64,000 bases of DNA from Puia sp. (GTDB lineage: Bacteria > Bacteroidota > Bacteroidia > Chitinophagales > Chitinophagaceae), in contig CBDCBP010000007.1 of NCBI GenBank assembly GCA_965214315.1, forward strand, positions 101,877 through 165,876, written 5' to 3'. This document shows, in pieces, positions 40,244 to 49,981 of the stretch (its first letter is position 1; each line of letters opens with the position of its first letter). The position numbers and the translations under genes were made by a program. The notes under the pieces are model-generated. The model had not been told where the DNA came from. It searched no databases and saw nothing but the letters and a program-made list of their open reading frames with translations.

Positions 40244-40497
40244 TAATTAAAGTAATTTTTTCTCGAACCGCGGTAAATCCGGAACCCCCCATATAGCAGG
40301 CAAAGACCAGAAAACATATACCGGTAAAGATCATCTATCGACAAATGAAGCCCCAGTTTCGGAGCCAACAAAAAAAGAATACCGAATCCAAAAATGATGA
40401 CGCCCATGCCAAAATCCAGCACGGCACGCCGTAGTACATAGTTCTGCTTCCTGCTGTCCGGCCTGTTATCCTGCCTCTCCGGATCCTCATTTTCCAT
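40243..40497 (-). CDS. Small two-TM membrane protein
   Basis: This 84-aa ORF overlaps the next start and has two hydrophobic helices, DFGMGVIIFGFG and LCLLYGGFRIYRG. Confidence 0.8.
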   Translation of the reverse strand: MENEDPERQDNRPDSRKQNYVLRRAVLDFGMGVIIFGFGILFLLAPKLGLHLSIDDLYRYMFSGLCLLYGGFRIYRGSRKNYFN

Positions 40498-40644
40498 TTT
40501 TTACCGATTCTTTTTGTGACCGTTGGTGGGCAAATTAACAAAATAACCTTAAAATCTACCACCCAACTGCATGGTTCTTATTTATTAATTTCTCCATCCA
40601 TAGGATGCATAACCACCCAACTTTCCACAAAAGCCCCTATTCCT

Positions 40645-40652
40645 TACCTTTG
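40645..40652 (+). promoter_or_regulatory. -7 promoter box
   Basis: TACCTTTG lies 5 nt before the LMW-PTP ATG. Confidence 0.55.
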
Positions 40653-40657
40653 CCGCC

Positions 40658-41164
40658 ATGAACATCCTTATGGTTTGCCTAGGTAATATCTGCCGCAGCC
40701 CCCTTGCCGAGGCCATCCTCGACGAGAAGGCCCGCGCAGCAGGCCTTGATTGGCAGATCGACAGCGCGGGCACCAACGGTTACCATATCGGCGAAGCCCC
40801 GCACCGCCTTTCCCAAAAAGTCGCCCTCCAACATGGCCTTGACATCAGCCATCAACGGGCTCGTAAATTCACAGCCACTGATTTTCAGCGCTTTGATAAG
40901 ATTTATGCCATGGCGGGCAATGTCGTAGACGATATGCGTCAGATCGCCGGCCGCCAATTCGACGCCGCTAAAGTCGAACTCCTCCTCAACGAGCTTCACC
41001 CCGGTAGGAACGAAGACGTTCCCGACCCCTGGTACGGCCCCGAACACGGCTACCACGAGGTCTATGACCTGATAGCCAACGCCGCCGACAAGATCATCAC
41101 CAGGTACGGCCAACATCACGCCGGAGCCGCCGGTGGCGCTCCAGACCACAACCGAAGGTTGTGA
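40658..41164 (+). CDS. Low-molecular-weight protein-tyrosine phosphatase
   Basis: It has the P-loop VCLGNICRSP and the acid loop DVPDPWYG. Confidence 0.97.
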   Translation: MNILMVCLGNICRSPLAEAILDEKARAAGLDWQIDSAGTNGYHIGEAPHRLSQKVALQHGLDISHQRARKFTATDFQRFDKIYAMAGNVVDDMRQIAGRQFDAAKVELLLNELHPGRNEDVPDPWYGPEHGYHEVYDLIANAADKIITRYGQHHAGAAGGAPDHNRRL

Positions 41165-41215
41165 CAAGGTTTTGCCAGTGGCAAACCGACGGTCATCAAA
41201 AATCAATGAATAAAA

Positions 41216-42571
41216 ATGAGCAAAAACATAAATAAACCCTCCCTGCCCCAGGGCACTCGCGACTTCGACCCCGCCACTGTCCGCAAACGACGATTCATCT
41301 TCGACACCATCCGTTCCGTCTTCGAGCTATACGGCTACCAGCCCCTCGAAACCCCCGCTATGGAAAACCTCGACACCCTCATGGGCAAATATGGTGAAGA
41401 AGGGGATAAGCTCATCTTCAAAATACTCAACAATGGTCTCGGCGACCCAAAGAACATCGATAAGGCAAAGACCGCATTCGAGAATGTCCTTCAAGGCAAG
41501 AACGATCTCAACCTCACTGAACGCGCCCTCCGCTACGACCTGACCATTCCTTTCGCCCGTTACGTCGCCATGAACCACGGCCAGCTCACCTTTCCATTCC
41601 GCCGCTATCAGATGCAACCCGTCTGGCGCGCCGACCGCCCCCAGAAAGGCCGCTACCGCGAATTCTACCAGTGCGACGCCGACACCGTAGGCAGTTATTC
41701 GCTCCTCAACGAGGTCGAGCTCGCCGCCATCTATGCAACCGCCTTCAAAAAACTCGGCATCCCCGTCGACATCCGCATCAACAACCGCCAGATACTCGCT
41801 GCCCTTGCCGAGATCTGCGGCGGCGCCGACAAACTCACGGACATTACGGTCGCCATCGACAAATTAGATAAGATCGGCCTGGAAAAAGTCAAGGCCGAAC
41901 TCACCGAACGCGGCCTCGAAGATCGCCAGGTCGCCATCATCGAACGATACCTGCATATAGAAACAACTGACCAGCTCAAAGACCTGTTGAAAAACAACCC
42001 AACCGGTACTAAAGGCATCGCCGAACTAGAAACTATCCTTCACTATCCCGGCGCCCCTGCCCTCACGCTCGACTTTACCCTTGCCCGCGGACTTAACTAT
42101 TATACCGCCACGATCTTCGAGGTCAAGGCCGTTGGCGTCCAAATGGGCAGCATCGGCGGCGGCGGCCGCTATGACGACCTCACCGGCACCTTCGGCGTCC
42201 CCGGCATCCCCGGCGTCGGCATCTCCTTTGGCGTCGACCGCATCTACGACGTCATGGAAGAACTCCAACTTTTCCCCACCGCTGTCCACGCCGGTACAAA
42301 ACTCCTCTTCTTCAACCTCGGCGAAGCGGAGGGCAAAGCAGCCTACACGCTCTTGCAACAGCTCCGCGACCGCAACGTGGCTGCCGAGCTTTATCACGAA
42401 CCGGCCAAATTCGACCGGCAATTCAAATATGCGGAGAAAAAAAGCATCCCCTGGATCGCTATCGTCGGCAGCGCCGAAGTTGCCGCCCGCCAATGCCAAT
42501 TAAAGGACCTGCGCACCGGTCATCAAACGACCCTCACTTTTGAGGCCCTCCTCAGCTCCGACTTCGCCTAA
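41216..42571 (+). CDS. hisS: Histidine--tRNA ligase
   Basis: It contains PQGTRDF, LRYDLTIPFARY, QPVWRADRPQKGRYREFYQCD, LARGLNYYT and GGGRYDDL. Confidence 0.99.
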   Translation: MSKNINKPSLPQGTRDFDPATVRKRRFIFDTIRSVFELYGYQPLETPAMENLDTLMGKYGEEGDKLIFKILNNGLGDPKNIDKAKTAFENVLQGKNDLNLTERALRYDLTIPFARYVAMNHGQLTFPFRRYQMQPVWRADRPQKGRYREFYQCDADTVGSYSLLNEVELAAIYATAFKKLGIPVDIRINNRQILAALAEICGGADKLTDITVAIDKLDKIGLEKVKAELTERGLEDRQVAIIERYLHIETTDQLKDLLKNNPTGTKGIAELETILHYPGAPALTLDFTLARGLNYYTATIFEVKAVGVQMGSIGGGGRYDDLTGTFGVPGIPGVGISFGVDRIYDVMEELQLFPTAVHAGTKLLFFNLGEAEGKAAYTLLQQLRDRNVAAELYHEPAKFDRQFKYAEKKSIPWIAIVGSAEVAARQCQLKDLRTGHQTTLTFEALLSSDFA

Positions 42572-42590
42572 AAAACCTATCTTACGTAGT

Positions 42591-44180
42591 ATGAGAAATA
42601 CGCTATGCCTCCTGCTGGCCCTACTCGCACTCGGCGCAGCCGAGGCCCAACCAAATCCTACAGACAACATCCTCTTCCGCCATATTCCGGCCGACGCTGA
42701 GCAGGTCTACGACATCCACATCGCATCCCTGATCGCCAAAGCAGATCTGATGTCGCTGATGAAAATGGCCCAGGGCATGAAATTGGGCAAGGACAACTCC
42801 CTCTCCATGTTTTCCGACATCGGAAATACGGGCGTCGACATGCGACAGGATATCCTCGTCGCGGTAAAGAGCTCCGCCGGTTCCGATAGCCCCACCTTCA
42901 TCACCGTCATTGCCCACCTCACCGACTCGGGCAAGCTCGCGTCATTCATCCGCGATCACGATAAGGATAAACATATCATCCACCTCCCCGGCAAGGAGCG
43001 CGTCGCCGCCAGCAGCAGCGTAGCCACGGCCTGGACCGACAAAATAGTGACCATGGTCATCGTCAAACTACCCAAAGGTCAGACCTTCGATCCGGCGACA
43101 GCCGCCAAAGACCGCTTAGCCGCCGCACACCGGTCCGCAGCAGCCCTCCACGGCTTCGACCACTCCTTCTTTGCCACCAGCGAAAAATTCAGGATCGGCT
43201 TCTCAGACGACGCCGACGTCCACATTTGGAACCACAACGGCTCAGGCTATGGTGCGCTGTCCAAAATAATGTCGATGACTCCGGCCGCCGCTTCCCCCCA
43301 CGCCGGCGATTTCTCAACATACATGAACAAGACCGCCAAAGCCAATTCACTTAGCACGCTTCGTTTCCTCCCGGGCAAACTGGTCTTCCAGACTACGCGC
43401 TTCCTCACCGGCGATGATAGCGCCATAGCGGCCCGCACCCTCACCAGCCCCGTTAGCGACAAAGTCCTGGCCAGCATTCCACCCGGCAAAGTGTTGGGCT
43501 TGTTCGCCATGCACACCGACCTGTCAGCCGTCGTAGACAATCTTCGCAAATATGGCATGGGTACCAAACTGGATTCGGGGCTTAGCACAAAAGGCCTGAC
43601 CACGCAAACCTTCCTGCATGCCTTCACAGGTGACTTCCTGTTCGTCGCCAGTCTCGCGGACACCGGCAAAGCTCCCCTGCTTTATGGGGCCGCCGGGATT
43701 GGCGATAAAACCGATTTCGACAAGGTCGCAAACATGTTAAAACCAACCGTCCCTGCGGCTGGCGATACCATGCCGCCCAAAAAACAACATTTCTTCCTCT
43801 CTACCAGCAACAGTATCGCCGTCCTCAGCGGTACGCAACAACGGGCCGACGCATGGTTCAGCTCCGCAGTCAATACAAGCCCCAGCCGCCTGCTGACCCC
43901 GGAGCTGCGTCGCAACGCCTTCTTCTTCGCCATCGATATGCAGGTAGGAGCCGATTGCCTGGCGAAGGTCCTCACCAAAGGCGATTCGATCGCCGCCAAG
44001 GACCAAAAACTCCTCGACGCAATCCGGCGGTTCGACTCATTCGTCGTAGAAAGCCCCAGCGGACAACAGGGCCAAACAGCAGTCACCTATGAGTTGAATT
44101 TTACCGATCGCAACAAGAACGCGCTGGCCAGCTTCATGGAGATCGCCGCCTCTTTAACCAAAGCCAAAAATGGAAATTAA
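42591..44180 (+). CDS. Secreted DUF4836-like protein
   Basis: The start MRNTLCLLL carries a signal peptide. LFRHIPADAEQVYDI, TGVDMRQDI and FTGDFLF resemble the DUF4836/DUF3352 type. Confidence 0.65.
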   Translation: MRNTLCLLLALLALGAAEAQPNPTDNILFRHIPADAEQVYDIHIASLIAKADLMSLMKMAQGMKLGKDNSLSMFSDIGNTGVDMRQDILVAVKSSAGSDSPTFITVIAHLTDSGKLASFIRDHDKDKHIIHLPGKERVAASSSVATAWTDKIVTMVIVKLPKGQTFDPATAAKDRLAAAHRSAAALHGFDHSFFATSEKFRIGFSDDADVHIWNHNGSGYGALSKIMSMTPAAASPHAGDFSTYMNKTAKANSLSTLRFLPGKLVFQTTRFLTGDDSAIAARTLTSPVSDKVLASIPPGKVLGLFAMHTDLSAVVDNLRKYGMGTKLDSGLSTKGLTTQTFLHAFTGDFLFVASLADTGKAPLLYGAAGIGDKTDFDKVANMLKPTVPAAGDTMPPKKQHFFLSTSNSIAVLSGTQQRADAWFSSAVNTSPSRLLTPELRRNAFFFAIDMQVGADCLAKVLTKGDSIAAKDQKLLDAIRRFDSFVVESPSGQQGQTAVTYELNFTDRNKNALASFMEIAASLTKAKNGN

Positions 44181-44212
44181 TCGGCCTTCTACGCCTGAGT
44201 TTCCGACATACA

Positions 44213-46669
44213 CTATTCTGACCTTAACGCCTTTACCGGGCTCGCTCTTGCGGCCCGCAACACCTGAAAACTCATCGTCACCAGCGCGATCAGCAGCGCC
44301 ATGCCCCCGACCGACGCAAATATCCACCAACTGATCTCGATGCGATAAGCGAAATCCTCCAGCCACCGGTTCATGAGCAACGAGGACAAGGGTATGGCAA
44401 TGAGGATCGACACAGCGATCATTGCCGTGAAGCCCGAGGCCAGGATGGCCACCAGGTCGCTCACGCTGGCCCCCAGTATCTTGCGAATGCCGATCTCCTT
44501 CGTCCTGTTGGCCGCCGTGATCGCGCTCAACCCGAACAAACCCATACAGGCGATAACGATCGCAAAGAAACTCGCCGCCTGTATGGCTCGCTGCCACCGC
44601 ATTTCCGACTCGTACATCTGCGCAATGGTCGTATCGAGAAAGCTGTAGGAGAACGGATAATTATTGGTCGCCTTTTTCCACTCCGCCTGAAAGGCCGCGA
44701 TCATTTCAGGCATCTGGCCGGCCTTGACCTTGAACATGAATGTTGATGCGTAGCCATTCGACAACCTGTGCTCTTCAGGTTCTATTTTCTTGGTCAGGCT
44801 GGCGAAATTGTAATCTTTGACTACGCCGATGATTGTCACATGCAGGTCCTTATTCATCTCGCCGAGTTTCGCGTCCGTTCCCAACATCTTCCACAAACGC
44901 TCGTTCACGACAGCGGCTCGCACCGCCTTCGCCGAATCCGCGCCAAAATCCCTGGAGAAACCACGCCCCAAGGCAAACTTCATTTTTAGAAGATCGAAGA
45001 AGCCATAATCCACATTCGTCTGTTTATACCATTCCTGTTTCCCGTTAAGTGTAAATCCGTTGGTGCTCATTCTACCGGCGAGACTGCCGCCCATCGACGT
45101 CCAGCCAAGTACCGCCGGCTGGGTCCGTGCAAAATCGATCATCCGCTGCTTCGCATTCGCAGTAAATGACCTATCATAGGTTGGGTTATGGATCATCAGG
45201 ACCTGCTCCTTATCGAATCCCAGGTCCTTGTTGGCAATAAAGCGCATCTGCCGATCGATCACGAATGCCGCCGTCATCAAGACAACGCAACAGGTGAATT
45301 GGATGACCACCAACACCCGTGAAAAACGTGGATTGATCCGCACGCTGCTAAAACTCTTGAGGATAGAGATCGGTTTCAACGCGGAGATCAGCAGCGCCGG
45401 ATAATAGCCGGCCAGCAACCCAAGCGCAACGGCCAGCGCCAACGCGGCGCCAAGCACCTCCATCCCTGAAAGCTCCGCAAACATAACGCCGCTGCCGATG
45501 ACCCCGCGCAATAACGGCAAGCCCAACCAGGAAAGCAGCAAACCCGCCACAACGGCAATCCCCGCGGTTAACTGCGTTTCCGTCCAGGATTGCAGGATGA
45601 TCGATCGTCGTCCCGCGCCCATCACTTTACGCACCCCGACCTCCTGACTGCGCGCCGCGGCATTCGATACGGTGATCAGCACGTAGTTCAACGAAGCCAG
45701 CAGGATGATGATGACGACAATACAAAGCAATTGATAAATGGCTTTGGTATCCGTATAGTGCCCCCAATCTGTGGATACATTGTAATGGCAATCCGCGAAC
45801 GGGCGTATACGCCAACCATAGCTGTCGCGTACCGATGCAGGCACCCCTTTATTCCAGACCGTATCCATAAAAGGCTTGATATAGGTCCTTACCCAGTTGT
45901 TCAGCTTTTGCTCAAAAGCCGCGCGATTCACGCCCGGTTTTAATTCGACGATCAAAACGTCATTCATCCTGCTGAAGCCATCCTTTAGTTCATCCAGGTA
46001 TTGCCTATCAGACTCTACCGGAAATACAAGTCCGAATTGGAGGCTGGAATTGGCCGGCGCGTCAGCGGCGAGCCCAGTCACCCGGAAAAGCCGACTGCTG
46101 TCGTTGACCAGCCTGATGGTCTTCCCCATCGGGTCGGCGTCGCCAAAATACTTTTTCGCTACGCTCGCGGATAGCACGACGTTGTCCGGATCCGACAGTG
46201 CCGTTCTGACATCTCCTTTTAATAGGGGAAAGGAAAAATTCATAAAAAAATTTCCATCTGCCTGAATGATCTGTTCTTCCCTGTCCACGTCGTTACCGGC
46301 ATGTACAAGGTCTGTTTGGTGATCCTTGAACCTGGTAAAGCTGGCGACCTCAGGAAAATTCCGCTGCATATCCGGCCCGGCCACCAACGGAAAGGCCAGT
46401 TCGTTCCTGGTGTCATCGTCGCGGGTCAGCAGCGCGAAAAGGCCCCCTGCTCTCTTTGGCGGCGTTTGATCGCCGATTGCGCTCATTTCACAGCGATACA
46501 ACCGGTCCTTTTTCGAGTGAAAGGTGTCGAAACTTTGTTCCCATCGGATATGATAGAACAGCAGGAGACAAAAAGCTACCGAAATAGAAAGTCCAAAAAG
46601 ATTGATGATGGAAAATGTCCTGTTCCGCAACAGATTCCGCCATGCGATCTTGACATAGTTTCTTAACAT
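44213..46669 (-). CDS. Large ABC transporter permease (double MacB_PCD/FtsX, about 800 aa)
   Basis: It contains MLRNYVKIAWRNL, RSQEVGVRKVMGA, KDLGFDKEQV, RTKEIGIRKILGASV and the ending ASPVKALRSE. Confidence 0.93.
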   Translation of the reverse strand: MLRNYVKIAWRNLLRNRTFSIINLFGLSISVAFCLLLFYHIRWEQSFDTFHSKKDRLYRCEMSAIGDQTPPKRAGGLFALLTRDDDTRNELAFPLVAGPDMQRNFPEVASFTRFKDHQTDLVHAGNDVDREEQIIQADGNFFMNFSFPLLKGDVRTALSDPDNVVLSASVAKKYFGDADPMGKTIRLVNDSSRLFRVTGLAADAPANSSLQFGLVFPVESDRQYLDELKDGFSRMNDVLIVELKPGVNRAAFEQKLNNWVRTYIKPFMDTVWNKGVPASVRDSYGWRIRPFADCHYNVSTDWGHYTDTKAIYQLLCIVVIIILLASLNYVLITVSNAAARSQEVGVRKVMGAGRRSIILQSWTETQLTAGIAVVAGLLLSWLGLPLLRGVIGSGVMFAELSGMEVLGAALALAVALGLLAGYYPALLISALKPISILKSFSSVRINPRFSRVLVVIQFTCCVVLMTAAFVIDRQMRFIANKDLGFDKEQVLMIHNPTYDRSFTANAKQRMIDFARTQPAVLGWTSMGGSLAGRMSTNGFTLNGKQEWYKQTNVDYGFFDLLKMKFALGRGFSRDFGADSAKAVRAAVVNERLWKMLGTDAKLGEMNKDLHVTIIGVVKDYNFASLTKKIEPEEHRLSNGYASTFMFKVKAGQMPEMIAAFQAEWKKATNNYPFSYSFLDTTIAQMYESEMRWQRAIQAASFFAIVIACMGLFGLSAITAANRTKEIGIRKILGASVSDLVAILASGFTAMIAVSILIAIPLSSLLMNRWLEDFAYRIEISWWIFASVGGMALLIALVTMSFQVLRAARASPVKALRSE

Positions 46670-46687
46670 GTAATAGGATTTTGAGGT

Positions 46688-49153
46688 TTATTCTTGTCTT
46701 AAAGCATCGATAGGATTCGCCCTGGCGACCTTCATCACCTGGTACCCTATGGTAGCCAGCGAAACCACTGCCGCGGTCAAACCGACCAGCGCAAACATCC
46801 ACCAACTGATCTGTATCCTGTAGGCAAAATCTTCCAGCCAGCGGTTCATCAGCCACCAGGCCACCGGGGCCGCGATCAGGAACGATAAACCTACCATTCC
46901 CAGGAAACCTCTGCTCAGCAATTGCGCGAGTCCACTTACGGATGCCCCCAACACCTTCCGGATGCCAACCTCCCTTGTCCTGTTCGCCGCCGTGATGGCC
47001 GCCAGGCCAAAAAGCCCCATACAGGCGATCAGGATGGCAAACGAGCAGGAGATCTGCACCGCGTTACGCCAACGCATATCCGCTTCATACATATGCGCGA
47101 TGGTCTCGTCCAAAAATGTATATTCGAACGGGTAGTTGTTGCTTACGCCTTTCCACACCGACTCCAGCGCCGCAATCGTCGCAGGCATCCTGCCGGCCCT
47201 TACTTTGAACATAAAATTACCGGCACCTCGCTTGATCAGCACATGTACCGTCGGCTGAATGGTCTGGCTAAGGCTTTCGATATGATAATCTTTTACTACT
47301 CCGACGATCGTTCCACCTATTGCTTCATCATATACGCCAAGCCGAAAATGAGTACCCAGCAGCCTGACCATCGCCTCATTCACCACCATCGGACGGGCCT
47401 TGCCCAAGGTATCCAGCGCAAAGCTTCGGTTAAAGAACCGCCCTTGCACCAACTGCAGCCCAAGCATCTCAAAATAATCAAAATCGACCGTCAGCTCGCG
47501 CATCCATTGATGTTGCCCATTCAGTTTGAACCCATTGGTATTGTACTCCCCGCTTAGGCCGCCATTCATTGCACTGTAATAGAGTATGGATGGCTGCGTA
47601 CGGGCAAACGCATAAAGCCCATCCTTTACTCGTTTGGTAAAGTCTCGATCATATGTGGGATTGTTGATCATAAGCACCTGGTCCCTGTCAAAACCCAGGT
47701 CTTTATGGTTCACAAACTCCATCTGCCGATCGATCACAAATGCCGCCATCATCAGTACAACGCAACAGGTGAATTGCATTACCACCAGCACACGCGAGAA
47801 TGCCGGCCGGATGCGAAAAGCTGAAAAGCGCTGAAGGATCGACACTGGTTTCAGCCTGGATATCAACATGGCAGGATAATATCCGGCAACCACTCCCAAA
47901 CCAAGCGCCAGAACCAGGCCCGCAGCCAGCACTTCACCCCAGGAAATGCTCCCGTAGGTGACTCCCGAGCCAATCACCTTATTCAATAAAGGCACTCCCA
48001 GCAGTGCAAGTCCCATCCCCGCCAGTACGGCAAAGGCAACTATAAGCTGGGTCTCCACCCAAAACTGCAGGATCACAGATCCCCTGCCCGCGCCCATGAC
48101 CTTGCGCACGCCGATCTCCTGCGACCGGGATGCCGCATCAGACACAGCGATCAGCACGTAGTTCAAAGAAGCCAGTAGTAGGATAACGACCACGATACAG
48201 CCCAGTTGATAGAGCGATTTGACATCGGTGTAATGGCCCCAAAAATGCGATACATTATAGTGGCCGTCGGCCAGCGGCCTTAAAAACCAACCAAAGGTCT
48301 GCACGGCTGCCGGTTTCATCTGCCAGTCCCTGGATACCTGGTTGAGGAAATATCCTTTCATCCAGACATTGATCTTTCCCAAAAAAGCCGCCTTGTCCGC
48401 ACCCGGTTTCAATTCGACCAACAGCTGGTAATCCATGTGGTTGAATTGTTCCTCGATGTCCTTTTTATAGGCTGGATCGGCGGTTACCGGCATCACCATC
48501 CCAAATTGAATGCTCGAGTTGGCGGGCGCATCCGCCGCGATCCCCACCACAGTCATCAGCCGGTCGCTATCGCTTATGATCCCGATCGTTTTACCAATAG
48601 CGTCTTGCCCGCCGAAGAATTTTTTCGCGGTACTCGCCGACAATACCACCGCATTGGGCGAACCAAAGACATTACGCGCATTCCCCTTGAGCAAAGGAAA
48701 GGAAAGGTTTCGGAAAAAATTGTCATCCACATAAAGGGTATGCTCTTGGTTATAGACCTGTTTGCCTGCGCGCACGAGTGTGTGGCCCATATGCACATCG
48801 TTATCCTTTATCCGCGTAAAACTGTTGACCTCGGGAAATTGACGCTTCAGATCCGGACCCACCACCGCAGGCAACTCCAGCATGTGTTCTGCATCCGCGT
48901 CCTTGGTGAAGGTCGCAAAAATGCTCTTGCCAGACTTTTGATCAGCGTCGTCATTCCAGATATTGCTGCTCTCCACCCGGAAAAGCCGGTCCTTTTTTTG
49001 ATGAAACCGGTCGAATGACTGTTCATACCGGATATGAAAGAACAACAACGCACAAAATGCGACGGATATCGAAAGCCCGATGAGATTGATCAGGCTCAGC
49101 GTCCGGTTCCGCAAAAGGTTCCGCCACCCGATCTTCAGATAGTTTAATAGCAT
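46688..49153 (-). CDS. Large ABC transporter permease (paralogue)
   Basis: The ATG at 49153 gives MLLNYLKIGWRNL. It has the same motif series and ends ANPIDALRQE. Confidence 0.93.
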   Translation of the reverse strand: MLLNYLKIGWRNLLRNRTLSLINLIGLSISVAFCALLFFHIRYEQSFDRFHQKKDRLFRVESSNIWNDDADQKSGKSIFATFTKDADAEHMLELPAVVGPDLKRQFPEVNSFTRIKDNDVHMGHTLVRAGKQVYNQEHTLYVDDNFFRNLSFPLLKGNARNVFGSPNAVVLSASTAKKFFGGQDAIGKTIGIISDSDRLMTVVGIAADAPANSSIQFGMVMPVTADPAYKKDIEEQFNHMDYQLLVELKPGADKAAFLGKINVWMKGYFLNQVSRDWQMKPAAVQTFGWFLRPLADGHYNVSHFWGHYTDVKSLYQLGCIVVVILLLASLNYVLIAVSDAASRSQEIGVRKVMGAGRGSVILQFWVETQLIVAFAVLAGMGLALLGVPLLNKVIGSGVTYGSISWGEVLAAGLVLALGLGVVAGYYPAMLISRLKPVSILQRFSAFRIRPAFSRVLVVMQFTCCVVLMMAAFVIDRQMEFVNHKDLGFDRDQVLMINNPTYDRDFTKRVKDGLYAFARTQPSILYYSAMNGGLSGEYNTNGFKLNGQHQWMRELTVDFDYFEMLGLQLVQGRFFNRSFALDTLGKARPMVVNEAMVRLLGTHFRLGVYDEAIGGTIVGVVKDYHIESLSQTIQPTVHVLIKRGAGNFMFKVRAGRMPATIAALESVWKGVSNNYPFEYTFLDETIAHMYEADMRWRNAVQISCSFAILIACMGLFGLAAITAANRTREVGIRKVLGASVSGLAQLLSRGFLGMVGLSFLIAAPVAWWLMNRWLEDFAYRIQISWWMFALVGLTAAVVSLATIGYQVMKVARANPIDALRQE

Positions 49154-49306
49154 AACCAATGAGGTTTGTTTGACATCCCGCGATACCCCTTAAACCCTGC
49201 CCGCGCCTCACTGGCCGGCGCCGGACAGCAATTGTTATAGTTTCTTGATAACGGAAGCTAAGAAAAATCCCCCTTTTAATCGTAATTTTCCGGGAAAGCG
49301 CTCTGT

Positions 49307-49981
49307 ATGAAAAAGCTCGTCCCAAAGCATCCCCTAGCCATCCGCTGGATGCACTGGATCAATTTCCCGGTGCTCTTCGTCATGATCTGGAGCGGAATGC
49401 TCATTTATTGGGCGAACGACGTCTTTAAGATCCACCTCGGCAACACCGTGATCTTCACTTTCTTCCCAAACTCGTTTTATAAAAAACTAAACCTTTCCTA
49501 CCGGCTGGCCGAAGGCATGGCCTTCCACTTCTTTTTCATGTGGATCTTCTTTCTCAATGGCCTTGCATACGTGGCCTATACCCTTTTTTCTGGAGAATGG
49601 CGCGACCTATTCCCCAATAAACACAGCTTTAAAGAAGCCTGGCTCGTCCTCCTCCATGATCTCCATATACGGAAGACGGCCCCGCCGCAAGGTAAATTCA
49701 ACGCGGCCCAAAAGATTGCCTACACCGGCATCATCGTGATGGGGATCGGCTCCATCCTCACCGGCCTCGCCATCTATAAACCTATCCAGTTCCGCTGGCT
49801 AAACTTTATCTGCGGCGGCTATGGCAGTGCTCGCGTCATTCACTTCGTCCTCACCGTAGGATATTGCCTCTTCTTCCTTGTGCATGTCATGCAGGTCATC
49901 CTCGCCGGCTGGAATAACTTCCAGGCCATGGTCACCGGCTTCGAGGTCCTCAGCGACACCAAAAACAAAACCCATGACTGA
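49307..49981 (+). CDS. Cytochrome b/b6-domain membrane protein (Ni-hydrogenase cytochrome b-like)
   Basis: It contains HPLAIRWMHWINF...MIWSG, FHFFFMW, KFNAAQKIAY and RVIHF...VHVMQV, which supply heme-ligand histidines. Confidence 0.88.
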   Translation: MKKLVPKHPLAIRWMHWINFPVLFVMIWSGMLIYWANDVFKIHLGNTVIFTFFPNSFYKKLNLSYRLAEGMAFHFFFMWIFFLNGLAYVAYTLFSGEWRDLFPNKHSFKEAWLVLLHDLHIRKTAPPQGKFNAAQKIAYTGIIVMGIGSILTGLAIYKPIQFRWLNFICGGYGSARVIHFVLTVGYCLFFLVHVMQVILAGWNNFQAMVTGFEVLSDTKNKTHD

